Positions 11,442-22,965 of a DNA stretch of 64,000 nucleotides are shown one piece after another. Positions within the stretch are counted from its first letter, which is position 1, and each line of letters opens with the position of its first letter. A model generated the notes under the pieces. The model worked only from the letters and a program-made list of their open reading frames with translations. It was not told the DNA's origin and ran no database searches. This DNA is from Polynucleobacter sp. (GTDB lineage: Bacteria; Pseudomonadota; Gammaproteobacteria; Burkholderiales; Burkholderiaceae): NCBI GenBank assembly GCA_964203375.1, contig CAXNLN010000004.1:90479-154478 (forward strand). Reading direction: 5' to 3'. The position numbers and the translations under genes were made by a program.

Positions 11442-12746
11442 TTAAGCTGCCTTCGCATAAGAAGAAACGAGACAACGCTTGTGCTCAACATGATAGGCAA
11501 ACTCATCCAGGTAGTGCTTGAGCATTCCTTGCACTGGCATTGCTGCAGCATCTCCTAAAGCACAAATGGTACGGCCTTGAATATTACCTGCCACATCTTT
11601 GAGTAGATCTAAATCCTCAGGTCGACCCTGACCATGCTCTATGCGGTTCACGATACGCCAAAGCCAACCGGTCCCCTCACGGCAGGGGGTGCATTGGCCA
11701 CATGACTCTTCGTGATAGAAATACGACAAACGCAATAATGAGCGCACCATACAGCGGGTCTCATCCATCACAATCACTGCGCCCGAACCCAACATCGATC
11801 CCGCCTTCGAGATCGCGTCATAGTCCATGGTCATATCCATCATGATGTTAGCGGGCAATACGGGTGCCGATGAACCACCAGGAATAACTGCCTTTAATTG
11901 CTTGCCATTACGAACACCACCTGCGAGCTTTAATAACTCGGCAAACGGTGTACCGAGAGGAATCTCGTAATTACCGGGGTATGTGACATCCCCAGAGACA
12001 GAAAATATTTTGGTTCCGCCATTATTGGGTTTACCTAATTTCAGATAAGCATCGGAGCCAATCGCCAAGACAAATGGGACAGCCGCGAAGGTCTCGGTAT
12101 TGTTAATCGTTGTGGGTTTGCCATATAAACCAAAGTTAGCCGGGAATGGTGGCTTAAAGCGGGGTTGACCCTTTTTGCCCTCCAACGACTCTAGCAAGGC
12201 GGTCTCTTCACCACAGATATAGGCGCCAAAGCCTGGAGTTGCATGCAATTGAAAGTTAAACTCGCTTCCCATAATGGTTTGACCAAGATAGCCCGCTGCA
12301 CGTGCTTCGTCTAAAGCCTCTTCAAAGCGCTCATACACTTCCCAGATCTCACCATGAATGTAGTTATAACCGGCTGTGATTCCCATGGCATAGGCACCAA
12401 TAATCATGCCCTCAATCAAGGCATGTGGGTTGTAGCGCATGATGTCGCGATCTTTAAAAGTGCCAGGCTCACCCTCATCGCTATTGCAAACCAGATATTT
12501 AGCACCCTGGTAGTTCTTGGGCATGAAGCTCCACTTCAAGCCGGTTGGGAAGCCTGCGCCTCCACGACCTCGTAATGAAGATGCTTTTAACTCCGCAATC
12601 ACGGCATCAGGGGTAATCTTTTCAGCTAGGATCCGTTTTAATTGCTGATAGCCGCCGCGCGCTTCGTAATCTTTGAGGCGCCAGTTCTGACCATCTAAAC
12701 CAGCAAGAATTAAGGGCTTAATATGCCGACTGTGCAAACTGCTCAT
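11442..12746 (-). CDS. nuoF: NADH-quinone oxidoreductase subunit F
   Basis: [40 protein letters not shown] and [10 protein letters not shown] motifs. Confidence 0.97.
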   Translation of the reverse strand: MSSLHSRHIKPLILAGLDGQNWRLKDYEARGGYQQLKRILAEKITPDAVIAELKASSLRGRGGAGFPTGLKWSFMPKNYQGAKYLVCNSDEGEPGTFKDRDIMRYNPHALIEGMIIGAYAMGITAGYNYIHGEIWEVYERFEEALDEARAAGYLGQTIMGSEFNFQLHATPGFGAYICGEETALLESLEGKKGQPRFKPPFPANFGLYGKPTTINNTETFAAVPFVLAIGSDAYLKLGKPNNGGTKIFSVSGDVTYPGNYEIPLGTPFAELLKLAGGVRNGKQLKAVIPGGSSAPVLPANIMMDMTMDYDAISKAGSMLGSGAVIVMDETRCMVRSLLRLSYFYHEESCGQCTPCREGTGWLWRIVNRIEHGQGRPEDLDLLKDVAGNIQGRTICALGDAAAMPVQGMLKHYLDEFAYHVEHKRCLVSSYAKAA

Positions 12747-13261
12747 GCTGACACTCCCTGTTTTGCTTGAGACTTCAGCTCGTCTAGGAGAGCATCGATC
12801 TTATCGTGACTCATAAAACTACACATGCGATGATTATTAACGAGTAACACCGGAGAATCTCCGCATGCACCCATGCACTCCCCTTCTTTTAGAGTAAAGG
12901 TGCCACAGGGGGTTGTCTCATTAAAGCCGATACCTAATTTTTTCTGGAGATACTGAGCGGCTTCCTCGCCATGTGAAAGTTGGCAAGGCAAATTGGTACA
13001 AATCACTAATTTGAACTGGCCAATCGGCTTGGTCTCATACATATTGTAAAAAGTAGCCACCTCTTCAACCGCAATAGTTGGCATCTCAAGAATATCGGCG
13101 ACCTCTGCAATGATGGCTGGGGATACCCAACCATGCTCCTTTTGGGCGGCAATCAAACAAGCCATGACGGCTGATTGCTTTTGCTCGGGTGGGTACTTGG
13201 CAATATTGCGATCCATCTCGGCACGCGCTTTAGGAGAGAAGAGTGAGTTTTTTGTATTCAT
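12743..13261 (-). CDS. nuoE: NADH-quinone oxidoreductase subunit E
   Basis: CTNLPC and ECMGACG 2Fe-2S motifs. Confidence 0.97.
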   Translation of the reverse strand: MNTKNSLFSPKARAEMDRNIAKYPPEQKQSAVMACLIAAQKEHGWVSPAIIAEVADILEMPTIAVEEVATFYNMYETKPIGQFKLVICTNLPCQLSHGEEAAQYLQKKLGIGFNETTPCGTFTLKEGECMGACGDSPVLLVNNHRMCSFMSHDKIDALLDELKSQAKQGVSA

Positions 13262-14515
13262 TTATCGATCAATCTCACCAAACACAATGTCTTGGGTACC
13301 AATGATGGTGACTGCATCGGCAATCATGTGACCACGCGACATCTCATCCATCGCCGCAAGATGGGCAAAGCCGGGCGCTCTTATCTTTAAGCGATAGGGT
13401 TTATTGGCACCATCGGATATTAAATAAATACCAAACTCACCCTTTGGATGCTCCACTGCGGCATAGGCCTCGCCAGCCGGCACATGAATACCCTCGGTAA
13501 AGAGTTTGAAGTGATGGATTAGCTCTTCCATATTCGTTTTCATATCAACCCGGCTAGGGGGAGCCACTTTATGGTTATCACTCATCACCGGCCCTGGATT
13601 GGCGCGTAGCCATTTCACGCACTGCGCAATAATGCGATTCGATTGACGCATCTCTTCCATGCGTACTAAATAACGATCGTAACTATCGCCATTCACTCCC
13701 ACTGGGATATCAAAATCGAGCTTGTCATAGACTTCGTAGGGTTGCTTCTTGCGTAAGTCCCACTCAATACCTGAACCACGTAGCATGGGTCCTGTAAAAC
13801 CCATTTGCAAAGCACGTTCTGGCGTCACAACACCAATACCCACTAAGCGCTGCTTCCAGATACGGTTATCGGTTAAGAGATTGTTGTACTCATCGACATT
13901 GGCAGGGAAACGATTACTGAAATTCTCGATAAAGTCCAATAAAGATCCACTGCGATTCTCATTTAAACGCTTAACTGATCCTTCGCTTCGAATCGCTGAC
14001 TTGGCATACTGAGGCATTTGCTCAGGAAGATCCCGATAAACTCCGCCTGGACGATAGTAAGCAGCGTGCATTCGCGCACCCGATACCGCTTCATACATAT
14101 CAAAGATATCTTCGCGATCACGGAAGGCGTATAAGAATATCGCCATCGCACCAACGTCAAGTCCGTGACAGCCAACCCAAAGCAAGTGGTTGAGTAAGCG
14201 GGTGAGCTCATCAAACATAACCCGAATGTATTGCGCCCGAATCGGTACTTCAACATCCAATAACTTCTCGATCGCCATCACATACGCATGCTCATTGACC
14301 ATCATAGAGACATAATCCAAACGATCCATATAAGGAACGTTTTGAATCCAGGTTCTGGTCTCAGCTAATTTCTCAGTGGCACGGTGCAATAAACCAATGT
14401 GTGGATCTGCTCGTTGAATGACTTCGCCATCCAGCTCGAGTACCAAGCGCAAGACGCCATGCGCGGCGGGATGCTGTGGGCCAAAATTAAGGGTGTAGTT
14501 TTTAATCTCAGCCAT
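13262..14515 (-). CDS. nuoD: NADH-quinone oxidoreductase subunit D
   Basis: [15 protein letters not shown] and DIVFGEIDR motifs. Confidence 0.97.
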   Translation of the reverse strand: MAEIKNYTLNFGPQHPAAHGVLRLVLELDGEVIQRADPHIGLLHRATEKLAETRTWIQNVPYMDRLDYVSMMVNEHAYVMAIEKLLDVEVPIRAQYIRVMFDELTRLLNHLLWVGCHGLDVGAMAIFLYAFRDREDIFDMYEAVSGARMHAAYYRPGGVYRDLPEQMPQYAKSAIRSEGSVKRLNENRSGSLLDFIENFSNRFPANVDEYNNLLTDNRIWKQRLVGIGVVTPERALQMGFTGPMLRGSGIEWDLRKKQPYEVYDKLDFDIPVGVNGDSYDRYLVRMEEMRQSNRIIAQCVKWLRANPGPVMSDNHKVAPPSRVDMKTNMEELIHHFKLFTEGIHVPAGEAYAAVEHPKGEFGIYLISDGANKPYRLKIRAPGFAHLAAMDEMSRGHMIADAVTIIGTQDIVFGEIDR

Positions 14516-15114
14516 TAGTTCAACCCACCATATTGCTCTTCACGAATCACGCGTGGCGTAACCTCACGCGGCTCAATCGACACCGGTTGATACACCACAC
14601 GCTTTAGTTCAGGGTCATAGCGCATCTCAACCGTACCTGAAATGGGGAAGTCTTTGCGGAAGGGATGGCCAATGAAGCCATAGTCGGTCAAGATGCGACG
14701 TAAATCGTCATGCCCCTCAAATAAGATACCGAATAAATCAAACGCCTCACGCTCAAACCAATTGGCTGAGTTCCAAATAGGCGTCATGGAAGCCAGTAAA
14801 GGATAGTCGTCGTTGGGGGCAAATACTCTGAGTCTCAAGCGCAAATTATATTTAATCGAGAGTAAATGACTAACCACTGCAAAGCGGGGTCCGCTCCATG
14901 CTCCGTCTGCATAATCTTTGTAATCAACGCCACATAGATCAATTAACTGTTCAAACGAGAGACTGGGATCATCACGCAATAGTATTGCCGCCTCAGCATA
15001 ATCTGCAGAGTCAACAACGATTGTGATCTCATTGCGCGCAATCACAGCGCTCTTTATGCGCTGACCAAGGACACGATCCAAATGCTGATGAAGTTGTTCT
15101 AAGCGCTCGGACAT
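14515..15114 (-). CDS. nuoC: NADH-quinone oxidoreductase subunit C
   Basis: [14 protein letters not shown] and HPFRKDFP motifs. Start moved to MSERLE (15114). Confidence 0.96.
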   Translation of the reverse strand: MSERLEQLHQHLDRVLGQRIKSAVIARNEITIVVDSADYAEAAILLRDDPSLSFEQLIDLCGVDYKDYADGAWSGPRFAVVSHLLSIKYNLRLRLRVFAPNDDYPLLASMTPIWNSANWFEREAFDLFGILFEGHDDLRRILTDYGFIGHPFRKDFPISGTVEMRYDPELKRVVYQPVSIEPREVTPRVIREEQYGGLN

Positions 15115-15115
15115 C

Positions 15116-15598
15116 TTATCCCTTACGCGCAATCGTGCTGGTACGGCCAATCTTCGCCTGCAACTGAATAATGCCGTAGATCAGTGCTTCAGCAGTGGGT
15201 GGGCAACCAGGAACATAGACATCGACTGGCACGATACGATCACAGCCACGTACCACCGAATAGGAATAATGGTAGTAACCACCACCATTGGCACACGAAC
15301 CCATTGAAAGCACCCAACGAGGCTCTGGCATCTGGTCATAGACCTTACGTAAAGCCGGTGCCATCTTATTGCACAAAGTACCAGCCACAATCATGAGATC
15401 AGACTGCCGAGGTGATGGACGAAACACCACACCAAAACGATCAAGGTCATAGCGGGATGCGCCAGCATGCATCATCTCAACGGCGCAACAGGCCAAGCCA
15501 AAGGTCATGGGCCATAGCGAACCTGTTCGGGTCCAGTTAATTAACTGATCCGCAGAGGTGGTAACAAAACCTTGTTTTAGAACGCCTTCAAGTGCCAT
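15116..15598 (-). CDS. nuoB: NADH-quinone oxidoreductase subunit B
   Basis: [10 protein letters not shown] and VYVPGCPP motifs. Confidence 0.97.
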   Translation of the reverse strand: MALEGVLKQGFVTTSADQLINWTRTGSLWPMTFGLACCAVEMMHAGASRYDLDRFGVVFRPSPRQSDLMIVAGTLCNKMAPALRKVYDQMPEPRWVLSMGSCANGGGYYHYSYSVVRGCDRIVPVDVYVPGCPPTAEALIYGIIQLQAKIGRTSTIARKG

Positions 15599-15604
15599 CT
15601 ACAT

Positions 15605-15964
15605 TTACTCCCAATCAAGGGCGCCCTTTTTCCAGATATACACAAAACCAATCATGAATTCCAGAAGAAAGATCACCATTGCAAGGTAACCTTCCCAGCC
15701 AATATCCCTTAAAGCAACACCCCAAGGGAATAAAAATGCAGTTTCTAGGTCAAACAAGATAAAGAGAATAGCGATGAGGTAATAACGCACATCGAATTTC
15801 ATACGAGCATCTTCGAAGGCCTCAAAGCCGCACTCGTAGGGAGAAACTTTTTCTGAATCGGGTTTGGAGGGAGCGAGAGTCTTGCCAAGAACAATAGGAG
15901 CCAATCCCACGCCGATACCGACGAGTATGAACAACAGCACTGGGAAGTAATTTGAAAGATTCAA
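15605..15964 (-). CDS. nuoA: NADH-quinone oxidoreductase subunit A
   Basis: YECGF and LFILFDLE motifs. Confidence 0.97.
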   Translation of the reverse strand: MNLSNYFPVLLFILVGIGVGLAPIVLGKTLAPSKPDSEKVSPYECGFEAFEDARMKFDVRYYLIAILFILFDLETAFLFPWGVALRDIGWEGYLAMVIFLLEFMIGFVYIWKKGALDWE

Positions 15965-16079
15965 CTTCTATCCTGCGTCAGTTTTATTTCAAAACACAAA
16001 AAATTATGTACGATTTAACTCTTTGAACTCTTGATTTATGACAAAAACCACAAGAATTCCCGAATAAACTAATCCACTA

Positions 16080-16164
16080 TGGTGCCGACGGCGAGACTCG
16101 AACTCGCACAGCCTAAGCCACTACCCCCTCAAGATAGCGTGTCTACCAATTTCACCACGTCGGC
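16080..16164 (-). tRNA. tRNA-Leu(GAG)
   Basis: Minus strand GCCGACGTGGTGAAATTGGTAGAC...CTATC-TTGAGGG-GGTAG...GTTCGAGTC...CGGCACCA: 85 nt, long variable arm, anticodon GAG, encoded CCA. Confidence 0.96.
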
Positions 16165-16229
16165 ATCTTGGAAAAGCCCTACAACAGCCTTCAATTCTAC
16201 TGCATTGCACCCTTTTTAATGACCCGGAA

Positions 16230-16601
16230 TTACTTTGGTACAACTGGCTTTGCTGGCTCTGTATTGCCCGCTGCTGCGGGGGCTGGAACGGATTGTGTGC
16301 CTTGCTGAGTTGGCGCCACAACCGGCAAAGTGGAATTTGATAAAACCCCTGACTCAACAGGCTTTTTACTACCCAACCAGGTAATACCAAGGGTACTGAC
16401 AAAAAAGATCACTGCAAACACGGCAGTGGTGCGGGATAAGAAATTAGCCGAGCCCGTTGCACCAAATACGCTTCCCGACGATCCGGATCCAAAGGCAGCG
16501 CCCATATCCGCTCCCTTACCCTGCTGGATTAATACCAAACCAATAATGGCCAAGGCAGAGACCACCTGCAATACAACAAATAAGGTTTTAAGCCACTCCA
16601 T
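16230..16601 (-). CDS. secG: Preprotein translocase subunit SecG
   Basis: LIQQGKGADMGAAFGSG and NFLSRTT motifs; tpiA-secG-tRNA-Leu synteny. Confidence 0.95.
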   Translation of the reverse strand: MEWLKTLFVVLQVVSALAIIGLVLIQQGKGADMGAAFGSGSSGSVFGATGSANFLSRTTAVFAVIFFVSTLGITWLGSKKPVESGVLSNSTLPVVAPTQQGTQSVPAPAAAGNTEPAKPVVPK

Positions 16602-16642
16602 ACGATTTCTCCATTAATAAATTAGTGATCTCATCGACCAAG

Positions 16643-17392
16643 CTATGCTCGACAAATTGATAAAAATTCTTGGGCATCCAAAGATGCGCCACCCACAAGC
16701 CCGCCATCAATATCTGGCATAGCGAATAATTCTGTTGCGATATCTGCCCGAATGCTGCCACCATAAATAATGCCAATATGTGCTGCCACATCATGATTGA
16801 ACTCTGCTAACTGCAAGCGGATAGCCTGATGCATATCTTGTGCCATTTGCGCGCTAGCGACTTTACCAGTGCCGATAGCCCATATTGGTTCGTAGGCAAT
16901 TAAGCAGTCAACTAAACGATCCTGCAAGGTGCCAACCTGACTGGCCACTTGACGCCGAACGATCTCAATGGCACGACCTGAATTTCGCTCATCCGCGGTC
17001 TCACCCACACAAATAATAGGCGTGATCTCATGATCCAAAGCAGACTCAGCTTTCAAGGCAATCGTTTCATTTGCTTCCCCAAACTGCATCCGTCGCTCTG
17101 AGTGGCCAACGATTACAAAACGCACATCCATTTCTTGCAGCATTGCCGCACTGACCTCACCGGTATAAGCACCAGATTCGTGAGCCGACACATCTTGGGC
17201 GCCAAGTAATAGCTGACTACTTGCTAAATACTGTGCGCACTGGTGTAAATAAGGAAAGGGAATACACACACCGAAACGCCGTCCAGCAGGCATGCCACAT
17301 TGCATCCCTTCGTTAACCGATTGCAACCATGCTTGATTAGTAGAAAGACTGCCATTCATCTTCCAATTACCAATGACAGTGAGTGCGCGCAT
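16643..17392 (-). CDS. tpiA: Triosephosphate isomerase
   Basis: GNWKMNG, GHSERR, AYEPIWAIGTG and GGLVGGASL motifs. Confidence 0.97.
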   Translation of the reverse strand: MRALTVIGNWKMNGSLSTNQAWLQSVNEGMQCGMPAGRRFGVCIPFPYLHQCAQYLASSQLLLGAQDVSAHESGAYTGEVSAAMLQEMDVRFVIVGHSERRMQFGEANETIALKAESALDHEITPIICVGETADERNSGRAIEIVRRQVASQVGTLQDRLVDCLIAYEPIWAIGTGKVASAQMAQDMHQAIRLQLAEFNHDVAAHIGIIYGGSIRADIATELFAMPDIDGGLVGGASLDAQEFLSICRA

Positions 17393-17404
17393 GGTAAATC
17401 CTAA

Positions 17405-18403
17405 TTACACAGTGAGAATAATTTTCCCAACATGCTCGCTCGACTCCATCAGGCGATGGGCATCAGCAGCTTGTTCTAGGGAAAATGTTTTGTAAATCAC
17501 TGGTTTTAATTTACCTGAATTCAATAGAGGCCATACATGCTCATAAAGCTCTTTAGCAATCTGGCGCTTAAATGCAACTGGGCGAGGCCTCAGTGTTGAA
17601 CCTGTAACAGTCAAACGACGGCGTAATATTTGGCCTGTATTGACCTCCGATTTAGAGCCGCCCATAATCGCAATCACCACAATACGACCGTCATCCGCAA
17701 GGCAATCAATTTCTCGTTGCAAATAGGTACCAGTGACCATATCCAAAATCACATCAACGCCCTTACCATTCGTGGCCTTCTTTACCTCTTCCACAAAGTC
17801 TTGCGTTTTATAGTTGATCGCCACATCTGCACCAAGTTTGATACAAGCAGCACATTTCTCGTCACTACCAGCGGTTACAAAAACACGATGGCCCATGGCC
17901 TTAGCCAGCATGATGGCGGTGACTCCGATACCGCTTGATCCACCCTGCACCAGTAACGTTTCTCCAGTACTTAATTGACCCCGCTGAAAGACATTGCTCC
18001 AAACAGTGAAAAACGTTTCTGGAAGGGATGCCGCCTCGATATCGGTAAACCCTTTTGGATACGGCAAACATTGTGCAATCGGAGCGTTACAAAGGTCGGC
18101 GTATCCACCACCCTGCACTAATGCACAAACATGATCACCGACTTTGAGTCCAAAAGCATTGTCAGGATGGCCTAGATCACCCCCAATAATTTCTCCGGCA
18201 ACTTCTAATCCTGGAATGTCTGATGCGCCTGCTGGAACCGGATAGTGGCCCTTTCGTTGTAAGACATCAGGTCGATTAATACCTGCTGCCTTCACCCGAA
18301 TGAGTATCTCTCCCGAGCCTGAAGCGGGCAACACCGGATCGGGTCGTTCTGCCTTGACCAACATCTCCGGCGCACCGAATTCCCGAATCTCCATCACGCG
18401 CAT
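17405..18403 (-). CDS. NAD(P)H-quinone oxidoreductase (MDR, PIG3-like)
   Basis: AAGINRPD..QR.G.YP, PGLEVAG and GGSSGIG motifs; usual neighbour of pnp and tpiA. Confidence 0.88.
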   Translation of the reverse strand: MRVMEIREFGAPEMLVKAERPDPVLPASGSGEILIRVKAAGINRPDVLQRKGHYPVPAGASDIPGLEVAGEIIGGDLGHPDNAFGLKVGDHVCALVQGGGYADLCNAPIAQCLPYPKGFTDIEAASLPETFFTVWSNVFQRGQLSTGETLLVQGGSSGIGVTAIMLAKAMGHRVFVTAGSDEKCAACIKLGADVAINYKTQDFVEEVKKATNGKGVDVILDMVTGTYLQREIDCLADDGRIVVIAIMGGSKSEVNTGQILRRRLTVTGSTLRPRPVAFKRQIAKELYEHVWPLLNSGKLKPVIYKTFSLEQAADAHRLMESSEHVGKIILTV

Positions 18404-18419
18404 GACCAATCTCCAGCGT

Positions 18420-20561
18420 TTAGGCGGTTTCGTTGGTGCTTGTACTCATTTCTGAATTACCTGCACCACCATCTTGTGCCAAGAGTGCTTTCATGGAAAG
18501 TCGTAAACGACCACGCTCGTCAGCAGCTAATAACTTAACGCGCACAATTTGACCTTCTTGCAAATGATCCTTAACGTCCTTGACGCGCTCATTCGAGATC
18601 TCGGAAATATGTAAGAGGCCGTCTTTACCCGGAAGGATATTGACCAATGCACCAAACTCAAGAAGCTTAACAACAGGGCCTTCGTAAATTTTGCCTACTT
18701 CCGCTTCGGCTGTAATACCTTCAATACGTGATTTTGCTTCAGCCATACCCTCAGCACTGGTCGATGCAATGGTGACAGTACCATCATCTTTAATGTCAAT
18801 GCTGCAACCAGTTTCTTTGGTGAGCGCCTGAATGGTTGCACCACCTTTACCAATCACCTCACGGATCTTGTCTGGATGAATCTTAAAGCTCACCATACGG
18901 GGTGCATGCTCTGATAGCTCAGTGCGCACAGAACCCATCGCTTCTTGCATCTTGCTGAGGATGTGTAAACGTCCCTCTTGAGCTTGCGCTAATGCAACTT
19001 GCATAATTTCTTTGGTAATGCCCTGTACTTTGATATCCATCTGTAAGGCAGTAATACCATTCGCAGTTCCTGCAACCTTAAAGTCCATATCGCCTAAATG
19101 ATCTTCATCACCAAGAATATCGGTCAAGACTGCAAAACGATTGCCGTCCAAAATCAGGCCCATGGCGACACCAGCTACATGCGCTTTCACAGGAACACCA
19201 GCATCCATCAGCGCCAAACATCCACCACAGACCGACGCCATCGACGATGAACCATTGGACTCAGTAATCTCTGAAACCAAACGAATACTGTATGCAAAAT
19301 CTTCTAAGCTCGGTAACACCGGAATCAAAGCACGCTTAGCTAAACGACCATGACCAATCTCACGACGCTTCGGTGTACCAACACGACCGGTCTCACCGGT
19401 TGCAAAGGGAGGCATGTTGTAGTGGAACATGAAGCGATCGCGATACTCACCCTCTAAGGCATCAATAATTTGTTCATCACGGGCTGTACCCAAAGTAGCC
19501 ACAACCAGTGCTTGGGTCTCACCACGGGTAAAGAGCGCAGAACCGTGGGTACGAGGTAATACGCCATTCCGAATCTCAATAGGACGAACAGTACGCGTAT
19601 CACGACCGTCAATTCGTGGCTCACCATTCAAAATCTGGCTACGAACGATCTTTGCCTCGATCTCAAATAAAAGATTGCCAACTTCAACTTCATCAACCTC
19701 ACCATCGGCAGCTAATTGGGACATCGTATTGGCAACGACTTCTTTAATCTTGGTCGAACGCGCTTGCTTCTGACGAATTTGATATGCCTCACGCAATGGG
19801 CCTTCAGCGATGCTTTGCAATTTAGCAATCAATGGTTCATTCTTAGCTGCTGGCTTCCAATCCCATTCAGGCTTACCAGCCTCGCGGACTAGTTCCTGAA
19901 TTGCATTGATTGCGATCTGAGCTTGCTCATGACCATACACAACCGCACCTAACATCACCGACTCAGACAATTGCTGCGCTTCCGATTCAACCATCAGTAC
20001 AGCAGCTTGCGTACCGGCTACGATCAAATCTAGTTCGCTAGTGGTTTGCTCTGAGCGATTTGGGTTCAACAGGTATTGGCCATCACGATAACCAACGCGT
20101 GCAGCGCCCATTGGACCGTTAAATGGAATACCAGAGATAGCCAATGCAGCAGATGAGGCGATGAGCGCAGGAATATCTGCGGGTACGTCTGGGTTGATCG
20201 ACATTACATGAACAACTACCTGAACTTCGTTATAGAAACCTTCTGGAAATAATGGACGAATAGGACGATCGATTAAGCGAGAGGTTAAGGTCTCACCTTC
20301 GGATGGGCGACCTTCGCGACGGAAAAATCCGCCAGGAATCTTACCTGCCGAGTAGGTCTTCTCAATGTAGTCAACCGTTAAAGGGAAAAAGTCTTGGCCA
20401 GCTTTAGCGGTCTTCGCACCGACTACAGTAGCGAGAACCACGGTGTCATCCATATTGAGTAAGACGGCGCCACTAGATTGGCGAGCGATCTCACCAGTTT
20501 CCATGGTCACAGTATGTTGACCCCATTGGAAAGTTTTTACTGCTTTATTAAATATTGACAT
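18420..20561 (-). CDS. pnp: Polyribonucleotide nucleotidyltransferase
   Basis: [15 protein letters not shown] and DMDFKVAGT motifs, C-terminal KH and S1 domains. ATG at 20561 with a GGAG RBS upstream. Confidence 0.97.
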   Translation of the reverse strand: MSIFNKAVKTFQWGQHTVTMETGEIARQSSGAVLLNMDDTVVLATVVGAKTAKAGQDFFPLTVDYIEKTYSAGKIPGGFFRREGRPSEGETLTSRLIDRPIRPLFPEGFYNEVQVVVHVMSINPDVPADIPALIASSAALAISGIPFNGPMGAARVGYRDGQYLLNPNRSEQTTSELDLIVAGTQAAVLMVESEAQQLSESVMLGAVVYGHEQAQIAINAIQELVREAGKPEWDWKPAAKNEPLIAKLQSIAEGPLREAYQIRQKQARSTKIKEVVANTMSQLAADGEVDEVEVGNLLFEIEAKIVRSQILNGEPRIDGRDTRTVRPIEIRNGVLPRTHGSALFTRGETQALVVATLGTARDEQIIDALEGEYRDRFMFHYNMPPFATGETGRVGTPKRREIGHGRLAKRALIPVLPSLEDFAYSIRLVSEITESNGSSSMASVCGGCLALMDAGVPVKAHVAGVAMGLILDGNRFAVLTDILGDEDHLGDMDFKVAGTANGITALQMDIKVQGITKEIMQVALAQAQEGRLHILSKMQEAMGSVRTELSEHAPRMVSFKIHPDKIREVIGKGGATIQALTKETGCSIDIKDDGTVTIASTSAEGMAEAKSRIEGITAEAEVGKIYEGPVVKLLEFGALVNILPGKDGLLHISEISNERVKDVKDHLQEGQIVRVKLLAADERGRLRLSMKALLAQDGGAGNSEMSTSTNETA

Positions 20562-20637
20562 TGTTTTCTCCAAATAAATACTACGCGGATAAGCAGCGCC
20601 GCGATATCACTGGAGTGATTGATAGAAAAACCCAATT

Positions 20638-20693
20638 GGGATGCCATTCCAATGAGCCTCTCGTGAAGAAGTTCATTGGAATGACACGATCCC
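20638..20693 (-). promoter_or_regulatory. Long hairpin in the pnp 5' leader (candidate RNase III/PNPase autoregulation stem)
   Basis: Perfect 11-bp inverted repeat cattccaatga/tcattggaatg, closed by gggat/atccc. Confidence 0.55.
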
Positions 20694-20719
20694 TAGAAGC
20701 CGGTCATCTAGAACCACTC

Positions 20720-20753
20720 AAAGTAGAGACTTACCCATTTGGCAAGACCCTAC
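20720..20753 (-). terminator. Probable rpsO terminator
   Basis: Minus strand GTAGGGTCTTGCC-AAATG-GGTAAGTCTCTAC hairpin followed by a short TTT, about 30 nt after the rpsO stop. Confidence 0.45.
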
Positions 20754-20784
20754 TTCATTGCAATGCTGACAAAAACAGTCGAAA

Positions 20785-21054
20785 TTACTTACGTAAGCCG
20801 AGTTTGTCGATCAGCGCGCGATAACGGTCCAGATCTTTGCCCTTGAGATAATCCAAGAGACGGCGGCGGCGTGAGACCATCTTCAACAAGCCACGACGGC
20901 TGTGATGATCTTTTGCATTTGCCTTGAAATGGGGGGTAAGTTCGTTGATACGAGCGGTTAATAAAGCCACTTGAACTTCTGGGCTACCCGTATCGTTTGC
21001 GCCACGCGCGTTTTGCTGGACGATTTCCGCCTTATTAATGTCTGCAACTGCCAT
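20785..21054 (-). CDS. rpsO: 30S ribosomal protein S15
   Basis: [13 protein letters not shown] and [23 protein letters not shown] motifs. Confidence 0.98.
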   Translation of the reverse strand: MAVADINKAEIVQQNARGANDTGSPEVQVALLTARINELTPHFKANAKDHHSRRGLLKMVSRRRRLLDYLKGKDLDRYRALIDKLGLRK

Positions 21055-21218
21055 ATTCATACTCCATACGTGCGAACATTCGAGCTTGCACCCGAGATGC
21101 CGTGTTAATAAAAAGCTTTATAAATCAAAGCCTCAGCATTCTAACAGACCCAAGCATTTAATACACTTGGATCGACGTGATTAAATAATAAGTCTATAAA
21201 AATCAATCACTTATAGAT

Positions 21219-22766
21219 TTATGGTGCCATTTGGGCGTTGAGCTTAATGGCATTTGGGTCGTGCAGTTTGTTGAGGGCGGCTAAATAAGCCTTGGCTGAA
21301 GCCGCAATGATGTCCGGATCCATGCCAACGCCATTCACAATCCGCCCGCCCTTAGATAGGCGTACCGTAACCTCCCCCTGTGATTCTGTTCCCGAGGTAA
21401 TTGCATTAACGGAATACAACAATAACTCGGCGCCGCTCTTCGCCTTGGTCTCGATCGCATGCAAAGTTGCATCAACGGGACCGTTGCCCTCAGACTCTGA
21501 ATGCATGTCTTGGCCACCCATCTTGAACACCACTTTCGCTGTTGGCTTTTCCCCGGTTTCAGAATGTTGGTTTAAGGAGATGAACGTAAAGTACTCACCC
21601 TGATCCGTAATGGAAGAGTCAGACATCAGGGAAATAATGTCTTCATCAAAGATCTCTGATTTTTGATCTGCTAATGCCTTAAAGCGTGCAAAGGCATCAT
21701 TGAGCTCAGTCTCTGACTCCAATACAACCCCTAATTCTTGAATACGTTGTTTAAACGCATTACGCCCAGACAACTTACCAAGCACGATACGATTAGTAGC
21801 CCAGCCCACATCTTCCGCCCGCATGATCTCGTAGGTGTCGCGTGCCTTTAGCACTCCATCCTGATGAATCCCAGAGGCATGGGCAAAGGCATTGGCACCC
21901 ACCACCGCTTTATTAGGCTGCACCACAAAGCCCGTGATTTGCGAGACCAATTTAGAGGCCGGCACGATTTGCTTCGTGTCAATTCCGAGTTCTAATTTAA
22001 AGAAATCCTTGCGCGTGCGCACCGCCATCACAATTTCCTCTAAGGAGGTATTGCCAGCGCGCTCACCCAGACCATTAATGGTGCACTCTACTTGACGAGC
22101 ACCGCCAATATGAACGCCTGCTAAAGAATTTGCTACGCCCATTCCCAAATCGTTATGGCAATGTACAGACCAAATCGCTTTATCAGAATTGGGTATACGA
22201 GTACGCAAGGTTTTAATAAACTCACCATACAACTCAGGCACTGCGTAACCCACCGTGTCAGGCACATTAATCGTTGTAGCACCTTCAGTAATCACGGCCT
22301 CCAAAACTCGGCATAAAAAATCCATATCCGAGCGATAACCATCTTCTGGAGAGAACTCGATATCACTCGCTAAATTTCTGGCAAAGCGAATGGATTTCTT
22401 TGCCTGCTCGAATACTTGATCAGGGGTCATACGCAACTTCTTTTCCATATGTAAAGCACTTGTTGCCAAGAACACATGGATTCGTTTTGCATTCGCAGCT
22501 TTTAAGGCGTCGGATGCGCGCGTAATATCAGCGTCATTCGCTCTTGCTAAAGAGCAAATAATCGAATCCTTCACAGCTGCGGCAACTGCACTAATAGCTG
22601 CAAAGTCACCATCCGAGCTGGCAGCAAAGCCGGCCTCAATCACGTCCACATGCAAGCGCTCTAACTGACGCGCAATCCGAACCTTTTCATCACGGGTCAT
22701 GGATGCCCCAGGTGACTGTTCACCATCGCGTAAGGTGGTATCAAAAATGATTAATTTGTCGCTCAT
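21219..22766 (-). CDS. leuA: 2-isopropylmalate synthase
   Basis: [21 protein letters not shown] and GLGERAGN motifs plus C-terminal regulatory domain. Start at MSDKL (22766). Confidence 0.96.
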   Translation of the reverse strand: MSDKLIIFDTTLRDGEQSPGASMTRDEKVRIARQLERLHVDVIEAGFAASSDGDFAAISAVAAAVKDSIICSLARANDADITRASDALKAANAKRIHVFLATSALHMEKKLRMTPDQVFEQAKKSIRFARNLASDIEFSPEDGYRSDMDFLCRVLEAVITEGATTINVPDTVGYAVPELYGEFIKTLRTRIPNSDKAIWSVHCHNDLGMGVANSLAGVHIGGARQVECTINGLGERAGNTSLEEIVMAVRTRKDFFKLELGIDTKQIVPASKLVSQITGFVVQPNKAVVGANAFAHASGIHQDGVLKARDTYEIMRAEDVGWATNRIVLGKLSGRNAFKQRIQELGVVLESETELNDAFARFKALADQKSEIFDEDIISLMSDSSITDQGEYFTFISLNQHSETGEKPTAKVVFKMGGQDMHSESEGNGPVDATLHAIETKAKSGAELLLYSVNAITSGTESQGEVTVRLSKGGRIVNGVGMDPDIIAASAKAYLAALNKLHDPNAIKLNAQMAP

Positions 22767-22812
22767 TCCATTTCCCTCTTTCACTCTGCGTATTATCTCT
22801 TTTCCATAAAAC

Positions 22813-22837
22813 AAAAACCCCAGCTGTTTGGCTGGGG
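22813..22837 (-). terminator. Attenuator terminator upstream of leuA
   Basis: Minus strand CCCCAGC-CAAACA-GCTGGGG followed by TTTTTGTTTT. Confidence 0.85.
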
Positions 22838-22872
22838 CTGGTTGGTTAGCTAGTAACTACGAATTCATTTTG

Positions 22873-22947
22873 CTAAGCGCGACCCGCCCCGAGCCGTAAG
22901 CCCAGTGCTAGTAGAAGTAGTAAAAGTGCACTTGATTTCAATAACAT
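22873..22947 (-). CDS. Leucine-rich leader peptide (24 aa) of the leuA attenuator
   Basis: MLLKSSALLLLLLALGLRLGAGRA*; 11 Leu codons, six consecutive (CTT TTA CTA CTT CTA CTA). Not in the ORF track. Confidence 0.85.
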   Translation of the reverse strand: MLLKSSALLLLLLALGLRLGAGRA

Positions 22948-22965
22948 GACTTAACTATACCGCAT

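Noticed and set aside
16121-16402. 93-aa minus-strand ORF overlapping secG and tRNA-Leu
   Set aside because: Shadow frame across two real features; no recognisable motif.
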